NCBI GenBank assembly: GCA_964383635.1
Contig: CAYLIG010000004.1
Span: forward strand, 10,814 to 74,813
Length of the DNA: 64,000 nucleotides
Origin: an uncultured Christensenella sp.
Lineage (GTDB): Bacteria; Bacillota; Clostridia; Christensenellales; CAG-138
Direction: 5' to 3'
Part shown: one piece after another, positions 34,994-44,564 of the stretch
Layout: every line of letters starts with the position of its first letter
How positions within the stretch are numbered: the stretch's first letter is position 1
The notes under the pieces: generated by a model
What the model was told of the DNA's origin: nothing
What the model saw: the letters and a program-made list of their open reading frames with translations, nothing else
Database searches by the model: none
Made by a program: the position numbers and the translations under genes

Positions 34994-37084
34994 ATGAAGC
35001 GCTCTTTTCTGTTTATCAGCTGCCTGGTCGCCCTGTTTATAGCGGTATTTACCGGCAGCATCCAAGAAAGCTATGCCGAGCCGACGCCGACGCCGTCGGT
35101 CGGCACAGACACGCCTTCGCCCGCGCCTTCCACTGAAACCGAACCGTCGGCAGCGCCGGTCTCTTCGGTCGGCCAACGCATACGCGAAACCCTGCTGACC
35201 GATCAACCGTCGCTGCATCTCGTGGCGATGGCCCGATCCGCCATATTCCTTTACCCGGAACCCACAACCAAATCCCAGCGCGTCAAGCTGGCCAACCATA
35301 CCGTGCGCGGCGTCAGCGAATTCATCGTGCTTTCGGAAGTAACCGCGTCCAACGGCAGGCTGTTTTATCAGGTGCGTTCCCTTTTTTCCGACGACACAGG
35401 GTATGTTCTCGCGCAGGATACCCGCGAAAGCACGCTGCAGAAAAGCGGCGTGACCGGCTATGCGACCATCGGATCCGCAAGCTGCTATCTGCTCTCGGAA
35501 GCAAAAGAAGGAAGCACCGTCCTTGCCCGCGAAAGCGAACACCTGGTTCGTATTCTCGGCGAGGTAAAGGGCTACTACTACGTCATTACCGAGGGTGGCA
35601 ATTTCGGCTTTGCGGCGCCCGTGCAGCTTACCCGCATCGACCAGGCCGAGCTGGACGCGCGCCTTGCAATCGCCGAATCGCCGGCGGTAGCGGAAATTGC
35701 GAATGACCCGCTGAGTGAAGCTTCCGCCGCCAATGCCGCCAGGATGCTCCGCCTTGGCGCAGACAGCGCCGCCGTCGACTATTGGGATACCGCGCTGGCG
35801 CATGCCGCCCAGCAGGGCTTTCTGAAGAAGGCGACGATTGCGATGCTGACAAACGCCACCGGCGCCGGGCAGACGCCTGTCGGACGAGAAGGCATACAAT
35901 TTCGATCCTGCTTTGAAGTGCCTCCGATTTCGGACGGCGCGGAGCTGCAGCAGGGGCAGGAGTTCAGCCTGCATGGGTCGGTCTATACCGACAGCCCCCT
36001 GACCAACGTGACCGCAACGCTGGAAAACCTCGGCTGGGGCAGTTCCAAGACCGCGGTCGTTACGTTCGACCCCGCGGCGAATGTCTGCAGTTACTCTCTT
36101 GCCTCCAGCGAAGAACCCATCGAAGGCAAATCTCTGAACCTGCTGTTTTTCATGAAGTCCCTGCGCGCGGGATCATACCACTTTACGCTGACGGCGACCA
36201 CCGTTGCGCAGACCGAACCGGTCACGCTGCTTTCCGCCGACTGCACCATCGTCCGCACCGACAGATTTTTATTGACGCAAAATCAGTTCGACGACAACTA
36301 TCTGGATGCGCTTGCGTTTTTCGGCGGGGATACGAATAAATTCCTGTTCCATTATTCCAATCGGGACGGCAGATATATCTCCACGGAAGAGGCCTGGCGA
36401 AACGCGTATCTGGTTGAATCCAGCCTTGGCCGCGTGCATGTCGACGCGCTGCCAAACTTTGAAGCAGCCGAGCATTATCTGCAAAACACCTATATCCGCG
36501 TTTCTCTGGTGAACCCGAATACCGGAAACATCGTGATGGGAAATGTGATGTTGCTTGACGAATTGGTTGATAAAGCCGTATCCTATGTTCCGCGCTTCCA
36601 GTCCAACAAGGAATATATCAGCCACCATACGTTTGGAACGGCCATAGACGTCAACGACACCATGGCGCCAAACAAAAACAAGCTTGTCAACCATGAGGTG
36701 ATTGGCGACGATGTGAAAAACCATCTGGTCTACAATGGCATCCGCGTCGACGAAACGGGAACGCAGTATTACGATTTCGTCTACAATGGCAGTTATACCA
36801 GCAAATTTAAGCAGGTGCCAAAGTCGATCATCAACTATCTGCTCTATGAGCTTGCGTTCTTTCGCGCGGGGTTTGAGTGGGGATATTATTACGAAACCAC
36901 CTGCGACGCGATGCACTTCATGCTCACGGAGAACGACATCAACCGCCATATGCATTCCGACATCGGGCTGCGTAAAGTTTATGAATACATCGAGCCCGAA
37001 TGGACCTATGTGCCGGTTGCAACGCCCGCGCCCGACGGCACCCCCGCGCCGGACGGCTCGACGGAGGATGAACCGGAGGGTTGA
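34994..37084 (+). CDS. Secreted cell-wall hydrolase, C-terminal M15 (VanY / D-Ala-D-Ala carboxypeptidase-like, LAS fold) peptidase
   Basis: It has a signal peptide. The N-terminal roughly 230 aa are paralogous to the preceding gene. The C-terminus has SHHTFGTAIDVN and FEWGYYYETTCDAMHF (His/Asp/His zinc ligands). Confidence 0.8.
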   Translation: MKRSFLFISCLVALFIAVFTGSIQESYAEPTPTPSVGTDTPSPAPSTETEPSAAPVSSVGQRIRETLLTDQPSLHLVAMARSAIFLYPEPTTKSQRVKLANHTVRGVSEFIVLSEVTASNGRLFYQVRSLFSDDTGYVLAQDTRESTLQKSGVTGYATIGSASCYLLSEAKEGSTVLARESEHLVRILGEVKGYYYVITEGGNFGFAAPVQLTRIDQAELDARLAIAESPAVAEIANDPLSEASAANAARMLRLGADSAAVDYWDTALAHAAQQGFLKKATIAMLTNATGAGQTPVGREGIQFRSCFEVPPISDGAELQQGQEFSLHGSVYTDSPLTNVTATLENLGWGSSKTAVVTFDPAANVCSYSLASSEEPIEGKSLNLLFFMKSLRAGSYHFTLTATTVAQTEPVTLLSADCTIVRTDRFLLTQNQFDDNYLDALAFFGGDTNKFLFHYSNRDGRYISTEEAWRNAYLVESSLGRVHVDALPNFEAAEHYLQNTYIRVSLVNPNTGNIVMGNVMLLDELVDKAVSYVPRFQSNKEYISHHTFGTAIDVNDTMAPNKNKLVNHEVIGDDVKNHLVYNGIRVDETGTQYYDFVYNGSYTSKFKQVPKSIINYLLYELAFFRAGFEWGYYYETTCDAMHFMLTENDINRHMHSDIGLRKVYEYIEPEWTYVPVATPAPDGTPAPDGSTEDEPEG

Positions 37085-37095
37085 TTATAGTAGTC

Positions 37096-37127
37096 AAAAA
37101 ATGGGAGCATCTGCTCCCATTTTTTTA
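37096..37127. terminator. Bidirectional terminator
   Basis: AAAAAATGGGAGCA-TC-TGCTCCCATTTTTT. Confidence 0.85.
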
Positions 37128-37133
37128 ATTCGT

Positions 37134-39161
37134 CTACTTTCTCGATCTCCCTTTGTTGCGCCGCTTGGCGCCAATGGTGCCGGGCTTCGGTTTGGCTGCT
37201 CGCTCAAGCGCTTCCTCGCCGGAGAGTTTTTTAATCTCGTCCCGCAGTTTCGCCGCGTGCTCAAACTCCAGCTCGCGCGCCGCGGCGCGCATCTCGTCCG
37301 TAAGCATCTTCACGCGCGCGGCCTTTTCCTCGGCACTCATCTCGTCGCCGATATCTTCGATCTTTGTCGTAATCAGCAGCGTTTCGCGCACCGCTTTTTT
37401 AATGCTTTGCGGCGTGATGCCGTGTTCTTCGTTAAACGCCTTTTGGATCGTCCTGCGGCGGTTCGTTTCGTCCATCGCATACTGCATGGACGGCGTGATG
37501 GTGTCCGCATAGAGAACGACCCTGCCTTCCACGTTTCGCGCCGCTCGGCCGATGGTCTGCACAAGGCTAGTCGACGAACGTAAAAAGCCTTCTTTATCCG
37601 CATCCAGAATCGCAACAAGCCCCACTTCCGGCAAATCCAGTCCTTCTCGAAGCAGGTTTATCCCCACAAGTACGTCAAAATCGCCCAGACGCAAATCGCG
37701 GATGATCTCCATGCGCTCGATGGTCTCAATGTCCGCGTGCATATAGCGCACACGAACGCCCATTCCGTCGAGATACTCGGTCAGATCCTCCGCCATGCGC
37801 TTGGTCAGCGTGGTAACCAGCGTGCGGTAGCCCTTCTGCGCCTGTTTGCGCACCTCCCCAAGCAGGTTGTCTATCTGTCCTTTTACGGGTCTGACCTCCA
37901 CTTCCGGGTCAATCAGGCCTGTCGGCCGGATAATTTGCTCCACAATCTGCGTAGCACGCTTGATTTCGTATTCGGCGGGTGTGGCGGAGACGCAGATCAT
38001 CTGCGGAATGCGCGCCTCAAACTCCGGAAACTTCAGCGGTCGGTTGTCAAACGCGCTGGGAATACGGAATCCGTAGTCCACGAGCGACGTCTTTCGCGCA
38101 AGATCGCCGCGGTACATCGCGCCGATCTGCGGAATGGTGACGTGGCTCTCGTCGATAAACACCATAAAGTCCTTGGGAAAATAGTCGATCAGCGTAAACG
38201 GCGGCTGTCCCGGTTTGCGTCCGTCAAAATAACGGGAGTAATTCTCAATGCCGTTGCAATAGCCTATTTCGCGCATCATCTCGATGTCATATTGCGTGCG
38301 CTGCTCGATGCGCTGCGCCTCGATGAGCCGGTCCATGCGCTTGAACTCGTCCCTGCGAGCCAGCGCGTCGTCCCAGATGACGTCGATCGCCGCGTCGAGC
38401 TTATCGCGGCTTGTGGCATAGTGCGAGGCGGGGAATACCGCGACATGCGCGCGTTCGCCGAGCAGCTCGCCGGTCAGCGAGTCGACATCCGTAATGCGCT
38501 CCACCTCGTCGCCAAAGAACTCCACGCGTACCGCCGTGCCCGCGCTGGAGACGGGGAAGATATCCAGAACGTCTCCTCGCACGCGAAACGTCCCGCGCGA
38601 AAAATCCAGGTCGTTTCTCTGAAACTGGATGTCCACGAGTTTTTTAACGACCTCCTCGCGGGAGATCTGCATACCCTTGCGCAGCGAGACGGACATGCGC
38701 ATATATTCCTCGGGATCACCGAGCGCGTAGATGCACGAAACGGACGCGACGATGATCACATCCCGCCGCTCGTTGAGCGAGCTCGTCGCACTGTATCGCA
38801 GGCGGTCGATCTCCTCGTTGATATCCACCGTCTTTTCGATGTAGGTGTCCGAAGAGGGGATATACGCCTCCGGCTGATAATAGTCGTAGTAGCTCACGAA
38901 ATACTCCACCGCGCTGTCCGGGAAAAACTCCCGGAACTCGGAGCAGAGCTGCGCCGCGAGCGTTTTGTTGTGCGCAATGACGAGCGTCGGCTTTTGCACG
39001 CGCTCGATCACCTTTGCCATGGTGTAGGTTTTTCCGCTGCCGGTGACGCCGAGAAGCACCTGCGCCTTGTCGCCGCGCAGAACCCCCTCCGCGAGGCGGT
39101 CGATCGCCTGCGGCTGGTCGCCCGCCGGACTGTATTCGGATACAAGTTTGAATTCGTTCAT
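37134..39161 (-). CDS. uvrB: Excinuclease ABC subunit B
   Basis: Start moved to [20 protein letters not shown] (39161). GVTGSGKT Walker A, helicase motifs and the C-terminal UVR domain ([14 protein letters not shown]) are present. Confidence 0.95.
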   Translation of the reverse strand: MNEFKLVSEYSPAGDQPQAIDRLAEGVLRGDKAQVLLGVTGSGKTYTMAKVIERVQKPTLVIAHNKTLAAQLCSEFREFFPDSAVEYFVSYYDYYQPEAYIPSSDTYIEKTVDINEEIDRLRYSATSSLNERRDVIIVASVSCIYALGDPEEYMRMSVSLRKGMQISREEVVKKLVDIQFQRNDLDFSRGTFRVRGDVLDIFPVSSAGTAVRVEFFGDEVERITDVDSLTGELLGERAHVAVFPASHYATSRDKLDAAIDVIWDDALARRDEFKRMDRLIEAQRIEQRTQYDIEMMREIGYCNGIENYSRYFDGRKPGQPPFTLIDYFPKDFMVFIDESHVTIPQIGAMYRGDLARKTSLVDYGFRIPSAFDNRPLKFPEFEARIPQMICVSATPAEYEIKRATQIVEQIIRPTGLIDPEVEVRPVKGQIDNLLGEVRKQAQKGYRTLVTTLTKRMAEDLTEYLDGMGVRVRYMHADIETIERMEIIRDLRLGDFDVLVGINLLREGLDLPEVGLVAILDADKEGFLRSSTSLVQTIGRAARNVEGRVVLYADTITPSMQYAMDETNRRRTIQKAFNEEHGITPQSIKKAVRETLLITTKIEDIGDEMSAEEKAARVKMLTDEMRAAARELEFEHAAKLRDEIKKLSGEEALERAAKPKPGTIGAKRRNKGRSRK

Positions 39162-39211
39162 GTTTCGTTTGGTTGGCGGCAGAACCGCCGTTGATCGGGG
39201 GGTGTGATTCG

Positions 39212-39502
39212 TCAGTCGATTTTGTAAACGACGGTCTTGCCGTCGACGCGATGCGCGTAGATATACTCCCGCGCTTCTTCGTGCGCCGGGTGCTTGTCGT
39301 ACACCTCGATGGCGTCCATGTCGGCAAACGTACACGTCAGCGCAAGGTCGTAGCTGCGCGCGCCGTTGTGCCAGATATCCGCGCCGGTCTCCATGGAGAG
39401 GATTTCCGGAATTTTGCCGACCATGCCATGCAGTTTTTCGATGACGGTCGGCAGGCACTCCTCGGGATCGCGAAACTTAAAAAGAACGATATATTTGAGC
39501 AT
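39212..39502 (-). CDS. Dabb (stress-responsive alpha/beta barrel) domain protein
   Basis: 96 aa. [10 protein letters not shown]...[11 protein letters not shown] pattern. Confidence 0.8.
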   Translation of the reverse strand: MLKYIVLFKFRDPEECLPTVIEKLHGMVGKIPEILSMETGADIWHNGARSYDLALTCTFADMDAIEVYDKHPAHEEAREYIYAHRVDGKTVVYKID

Positions 39503-39564
39503 ATGGGCGCTCCTTTCGAAAACGCTGCGCCGCGGGTATTTCCGAGGCGCACGCGGATCAACGT

Positions 39565-39849
39565 TTAAAACTCAAAATCGACCGTCGCCGTCGCCGTGCG
39601 GTGCGCCTTGATATAGGCGCGCGCTTTTTCGTGCTCCGGGTGGCGGTCGTAGATCGCGAGGTCTTCCTTTGTATCAAACGTGACGATCAGCGCGAGATCA
39701 AAGCTGCGCTCGCTGTGCTTGAAGTCCCGGCCTGTTTCGATGCTGCGAATCTGGGTAACGGTGTCCTTGAGCGCGAGCAGCATCTCGCTGGCGACGGGCG
39801 CCTGTTCGTCCGGATTTTCAAATTTCGTAAAGACAATGTGCTTAATCAT
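39565..39849 (-). CDS. Dabb domain protein (paralog)
   Basis: Start at MIKHIVFTKF (AAGGAG RBS). ..HPEHEKARAYI. Confidence 0.8.
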   Translation of the reverse strand: MIKHIVFTKFENPDEQAPVASEMLLALKDTVTQIRSIETGRDFKHSERSFDLALIVTFDTKEDLAIYDRHPEHEKARAYIKAHRTATATVDFEF

Positions 39850-39878
39850 ACTTCTGGTCTCCTTATTATTGTGATGAT

Positions 39879-40856
39879 TTAAAAATGTTCCTGACACGCC
39901 AGTATCAGCGATTCTTCCGCCTTTGCCAGACCTTGCTTCTGCTTCCATTCAACAAGAATAAAGTCGTCCAGCATTTTCACCAGTTGTTCATAGCTGCGTT
40001 TTTTCGCGCTGGCGACCGCTTTCTTGGCGGGATACGGCTTCATGCCCAGCGTGCTGGCAATCTGCGCCTCGTTTTTCCCGCCCATGAGCAGCTGCTTTGC
40101 GCCCAGCACGCCGCGCACGTTTCGCTCGAATAGCGTCGCAAGTCCGATCGCGCTCTCGGAAGGATCGCTCAAAAGCGTCGTAAGAATCCGAATTCCCTCT
40201 CGTTTGTTTCCGCTCCAGAGCGGATCCATGATTTTAAACACCTCATATTCGCTCGACGGCTTCACGCAGGCCTCCACCGCCTGCATCGTCACGCGGCCGC
40301 CAAAGCCGACATACGCGCCGAGCATCAGAAGCGTGTTTTCCAGCGCGCCGAGATCCACGCCAAGATACTGTATCATCAGGTTCGCCGCCATGCCGTCCAG
40401 CGGAATGCCGTTTTCCTTCGCGCGCTTTTGCAAAAACGCCTGCGCCTGCGCGGGTTCGAGCGGATTGAACGACACCGCGCGATTCAGCGACTCCAGCGCT
40501 TTATACAGCGGGTTTGTCTTCGGCGGCTTTCCCGCGCGCACGAACAGCAGCACCGTAGTGTCCGGCACGGTTTTGACATACTTTTCCAGCGTATTGGCGG
40601 TATCCGCGTCAAACTCCTGAACGACAACCACACGAAGTTCATCAAAAAAAGGCAGCGTTTCCGCCGCAGCCTGTATCTCCGACGGCAGCGGCGTCTTCAA
40701 AAACGTCGTATTCATCTCCCGCAGATCGGGATTTGTGCGCTCAACGACCGCGCGCACGCCTTTGTTGAGGCTGTACGGATCCTCGCCGCAAAAGTAATAT
40801 GCGCCGCCGACGGAGTTGCCACCCGCCAGTCCACTTAAAAATGCAATTCCATCCAT
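39879..40856 (-). CDS. holA: DNA polymerase III subunit delta
   Basis: The sequence ..AYYFCGEDPYSL..ETLPFFDELRVVVV.. aligns with HolA N-termini. The start was chosen at ATG 40856, because the GTG at 40880 lies inside the promoter. Confidence 0.8.
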   Translation of the reverse strand: MDGIAFLSGLAGGNSVGGAYYFCGEDPYSLNKGVRAVVERTNPDLREMNTTFLKTPLPSEIQAAAETLPFFDELRVVVVQEFDADTANTLEKYVKTVPDTTVLLFVRAGKPPKTNPLYKALESLNRAVSFNPLEPAQAQAFLQKRAKENGIPLDGMAANLMIQYLGVDLGALENTLLMLGAYVGFGGRVTMQAVEACVKPSSEYEVFKIMDPLWSGNKREGIRILTTLLSDPSESAIGLATLFERNVRGVLGAKQLLMGGKNEAQIASTLGMKPYPAKKAVASAKKRSYEQLVKMLDDFILVEWKQKQGLAKAEESLILACQEHF

Positions 40857-40863
40857 AGAGGTT

Positions 40864-40891
40864 ATTATACCATCCCTCACACTTCTTGCAA
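40864..40891 (-). promoter_or_regulatory. Near-consensus sigma-A promoter abutting the holA start codon
   Basis: The minus strand reads TTGCAA-16 nt-(TGg)TATAAT, then 7 nt (AACCTCT), then ATG. Confidence 0.6.
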
Positions 40892-40972
40892 ACGATTGTT
40901 CTCAAAATTATCGGGTGAATCAGCTTATCCTATGCAAAATCATAAAAACTGCTCTCGGGAAACGCCCGCTCC

Positions 40973-41131
40973 GTTTCCACAAAGTTTTCCACATTCGGGG
41001 GATAACTCTGTGGATAACAGGGGAAAAAAGCGAGCCACATGCGAAAATCGCCCTCGATAGCGACATTTTCCGATGAAAAACCCGGCGCCCGCACCAAACG
41101 GTTGTTCACCAAGCGCACAGAGTTATCCACA
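40973..41131. promoter_or_regulatory. DnaA-box cluster upstream of holA
   Basis: The boxes are TGTGGATAA (41009-41017, perfect), TTATCCACA (41123-41131, perfect), TTTTCCACA (40985-40993, 1 mismatch), GTTTCCACA (40973-40981, 2 mismatches) and GGGGGATAA (40997-41005, 2 mismatches). Confidence 0.6.
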
Positions 41132-41151
41132 GCCAGGGGGTTTCGCGCCAA

Positions 41152-42678
41152 CTAAAGCAGCGCCCAGAGCGCGGCGGACGCGGCAAAGAGCGCGCCGGAA
41201 AACAGCATGCGCTGTTTCGCGCCGCGCAGGCACAGCCGCGAGGCAAAAAACATTGCCGCAAGCCAGAGCAGGTATGCCGCCGCAGGCGGAGGCGGCAGCA
41301 CGAGCGTAACGCTTCCGCCGTATCGCGCGACGGCGAGGATCACGTCCAGCGCGGCGCGGCCGACGGCGCAAACAGCGCCGCCCAGCGGATACCAGAGAAA
41401 GGAAAGCAGCACGCCTGCAAACGCGGGAATGAGGAACACCCCTGCGATTGGCAGCACAAACAGATTTGTTACAACGGAGAGCAGCTGGGCCTGCTCAAAG
41501 AAGGCCGCGCTTGTCGGCAGCGTTCCGACCACCACGGCGGCGCTCGCGCCAATCAACCCCGACGCCGTGGACCCGAGGCGCGCCAGCGGACGCTGAAACA
41601 GCGGCGCGAGCAGGATCAGCGAGAGCACCGCGACGAAGGAGAGCTGAAACCCCGCGCTCCAGAGCGAATAGGGATTCCAGAGCAAAATCAGCACAAACGC
41701 GGCGGACAGCGCGCTGAGCACATCCAGCCGCCGACGCAGCGGAAACGCAAGCAGGCCTATGGTCATCATGATGCCGCTTCGCACCACCGGCGGCGAAAAC
41801 GCCGTAATCGCCGCATACAGCGCGCAGAATATCATAACCGCAAAAAACCGCACCCACGCATTGCGACGAAAGAGCAGCGAAAACGCGGCCGCAAGCAGCG
41901 AAACGTGCAGCCCGGACACCGCAAGCAGATGCGCAATGCCCGTACCGCGAAATGCGGACAGCATCTCGTTGTCGATATCCGACGTGTCGCCGAGCATCAT
42001 GCCCTTCGCCTCGCCGGGCGCGTTCGGAAAGAGCGCCTCGATGCGACTGCCAAGCTGTTCCCGCAGCCAAAGAAGACGACCGTAAGCGTCCGCCGGCGTT
42101 TGCGAGATCACCGCCGCTTCGCTTCTGGCAAACGCGACGGCGAATACGCCGCGCGTACGGTCGCTCATGCGGTATTTTTCGGATGAACCGGTGACGTCCG
42201 TGTAGGCGGAGACGATCTGCCCGTACGCCGGCGGCTCAAAAAAGTCCGCAAACAGCCGAACTTTGCCGTCGATCGGAACGTCGTCCAGCGTCGCGTTTGC
42301 AAGATAGACCCGCCAGCTTCCGTCTTCGCGCGCTTCCGGCGTTTCGCAGACGCGCCCCTGCACCGTGCCCGTCCCCACCGGCACGGACGACGGCGCGGCG
42401 AGCGCAACGCGCACGAACCCGGCCGCCATGCTCAAAAGGAACACGATCCACATCGTTTTTTTCACAAACCTTGCGCCCAGCGCGGCAATCAGCAGGACAA
42501 GCGACGCAATCAGCGCGCGGATCAGCGAAAACCCGTCCCCGATCAACAGCCCAAACAGCAGTCCTGCCGCCGCGATGGCGGCCGGACGCGCGTGGAACAG
42601 CGGCGTGCGAAAAAAGCCCGTCCGGTCGGGGGAAGATGTGGTATCGATCGCGTTTTTTGTCGGATTTTGTTGCAGCAT
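41152..42678 (-). CDS. comEC: ComEC/Rec2-family DNA internalisation channel protein (no C-terminal metallo-beta-lactamase domain)
   Basis: 508 aa, polytopic. FRGTGIAHLLAVSGLHVSLL competence-domain motif. Conserved comEC-holA order. Confidence 0.8.
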   Translation of the reverse strand: MLQQNPTKNAIDTTSSPDRTGFFRTPLFHARPAAIAAAGLLFGLLIGDGFSLIRALIASLVLLIAALGARFVKKTMWIVFLLSMAAGFVRVALAAPSSVPVGTGTVQGRVCETPEAREDGSWRVYLANATLDDVPIDGKVRLFADFFEPPAYGQIVSAYTDVTGSSEKYRMSDRTRGVFAVAFARSEAAVISQTPADAYGRLLWLREQLGSRIEALFPNAPGEAKGMMLGDTSDIDNEMLSAFRGTGIAHLLAVSGLHVSLLAAAFSLLFRRNAWVRFFAVMIFCALYAAITAFSPPVVRSGIMMTIGLLAFPLRRRLDVLSALSAAFVLILLWNPYSLWSAGFQLSFVAVLSLILLAPLFQRPLARLGSTASGLIGASAAVVVGTLPTSAAFFEQAQLLSVVTNLFVLPIAGVFLIPAFAGVLLSFLWYPLGGAVCAVGRAALDVILAVARYGGSVTLVLPPPPAAAYLLWLAAMFFASRLCLRGAKQRMLFSGALFAASAALWALL

Positions 42679-42822
42679 CGGATTGAGTTAAGCACAGCAA
42701 ACCAGGTTTGTCAATCGCCCGCGGCGCGCGCGCGGCTGTACGAACGCGCGGCCTGATGGTATACTGACTAGGATATTACTCTTTTCCGCGTTTTTTTCGC
42801 GGACGGACAGGAATGATTGCAT

Positions 42823-43791
42823 ATGAAATGGCTGGAACTGAGCGTCTACACGACCGACGCGGGACTGGACGCGGTGACGTTCGCGTTTTCCAAAGCCGGG
42901 ATCGACCAGGTGAGCATTGAAGAAAGTCACGAACGCGCAATGGCGTTTCTCAACGAGCGCGCGGTCTACTGGGACTTTGCGGACGCGGACAAAGTCGGCG
43001 TCGACGAACCCTGCGTCAAAGCGTATGTGGCGGACGTGCCGGAGAGCGAGCCCGTCGTCGCCGACGTCAAGCGCGAAATCGCGCATCTTCGCGAAACGAA
43101 CCTCGGCTTCGACGCGGGGTCTCTTTCCGTCGTAGTCAGGCGAATGGACGACGCGGACTGGGAAAACAACTGGAAGGCATACTATAAACCGCTCAGCATC
43201 GGAAAGCGTCTGTATGTGCTGCCCTGCTGGATCGAAGAGATTGCGCCCGAAGGCCGGGTGACGCTGAAGCTCGATCCCGGCGTTGCCTTCGGCACCGGCG
43301 AGCACCACACCACGCGCATGTGCCTCGAGCTGCTGGAAACCGTGGTGCAGCCGGGCGACGACATGCTCGACCTCGGCTGCGGCAGCGGCATTCTCTCCGT
43401 CGCCTCCGTCCTGCTTGGCGCAAAGCACGCCGTTGCGGTGGATATCGACCCGGTTGCGGAGCACGTCGCCCTTGAAAACGCGGCCATGAACGGCGTGGAT
43501 CAAACGAAATACGACGTACTGATCGGCGATCTGATGAGCGATGACGCGCTTTGCGCGCGCATCCGGCGGGAATACGACGTCGTCGCGGCAAACATCGTCG
43601 CGGGCGTCATCATCGCCATCGCTCCGTTTGCCAGAACCTGCTGCAAACCGGGCGCGCCTTTCATCGTCTCCGGCATCATCGACGAGCGGGAGGACGAGGT
43701 GAAAGCCGCCGTGATCGAGGCGGGCTTTTCCGTTGAAACCATACTGCGCAGCGAAGGCTGGGTGGCCATGCTGCTGCGCGCGCGGGGGTAA
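42823..43791 (+). CDS. prmA: Ribosomal protein L11 methyltransferase
   Basis: MKWLELSVYT.., WENNWKAYYKP, GTGEHHTT and DLGCGSGILS. Confidence 0.9.
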   Translation: MKWLELSVYTTDAGLDAVTFAFSKAGIDQVSIEESHERAMAFLNERAVYWDFADADKVGVDEPCVKAYVADVPESEPVVADVKREIAHLRETNLGFDAGSLSVVVRRMDDADWENNWKAYYKPLSIGKRLYVLPCWIEEIAPEGRVTLKLDPGVAFGTGEHHTTRMCLELLETVVQPGDDMLDLGCGSGILSVASVLLGAKHAVAVDIDPVAEHVALENAAMNGVDQTKYDVLIGDLMSDDALCARIRREYDVVAANIVAGVIIAIAPFARTCCKPGAPFIVSGIIDEREDEVKAAVIEAGFSVETILRSEGWVAMLLRARG

Positions 43792-43798
43792 CGCATCC

Positions 43799-44518
43799 AT
43801 GCGCCGGTTTTTCTGCGACAGCATATCGGGTGGCAACGCAACCATCACGGGCGACGACGCGCACCACATCGGCCGCGTGCTCCGCATGAAGGCGGGGGAT
43901 GCGCTTTCCCTGTGCGACGGCGCAGGAAACGAAGCCGACGCAGTCATCGTCTCCATATCGCCGGATGCGGTCATCTGCAAGGTCGGCAATCGCCACAAAA
44001 GCGACATCGAAAGCCCCGTTCGGGTGACGCTGTTTCAGTGTCTGCCCAAGACGGGAAAGATGGAAACCATCGTTCAAAAATGCACGGAGCTCGGCGCTTT
44101 TGCGATCGTTCCCGTCGTTTCCGCGCGCTGCGTGGTCGTGCCCGGCAAAGATTTTGACAAAAAGCGCGAGCGCTATGCACGCGTCGCGCTGGAGGCGGCC
44201 AAGCAAAGCCGCCGCGCGCTGGTGCCGCAGGTGCTGCCGCTTCTGGACATCAGGGCGATCGACCCCGCCGCGTTTGATTTGTTTTTAACGGCCTACGAGG
44301 AAGAGTCTTCCCGCACGCTCAAGCAGGCGCTTCACGCGGCAAACGCGCCGCAGGAAATCGCGCTGCTCATCGGCCCCGAAGGCGGACTGGAAGAAAGTGA
44401 GGTCCGTCGGCTGGCGGATGCGGGCGCCGTCGCTGTCTCCCTTGGAAAACGCATCCTTCGCACCGAAACGGCGGGCATGGCGATGCTCGCGCAGACGCTC
44501 TACGAGGTTGAGCCATGA
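43799..44518 (+). CDS. rsmE: 16S rRNA (uracil1498-N3)-methyltransferase
   Basis: MRRFF...GDDAHHIGRVLRMKAGD.., LFQCLPKTGKMETIVQKCTELG and IGPEGGL. Confidence 0.9.
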   Translation: MRRFFCDSISGGNATITGDDAHHIGRVLRMKAGDALSLCDGAGNEADAVIVSISPDAVICKVGNRHKSDIESPVRVTLFQCLPKTGKMETIVQKCTELGAFAIVPVVSARCVVVPGKDFDKKRERYARVALEAAKQSRRALVPQVLPLLDIRAIDPAAFDLFLTAYEEESSRTLKQALHAANAPQEIALLIGPEGGLEESEVRRLADAGAVAVSLGKRILRTETAGMAMLAQTLYEVEP

Positions 44519-44564
44519 AAACGAAACTATTGCCGCGCACAAAACTAACATTCGGGGGAATCAT

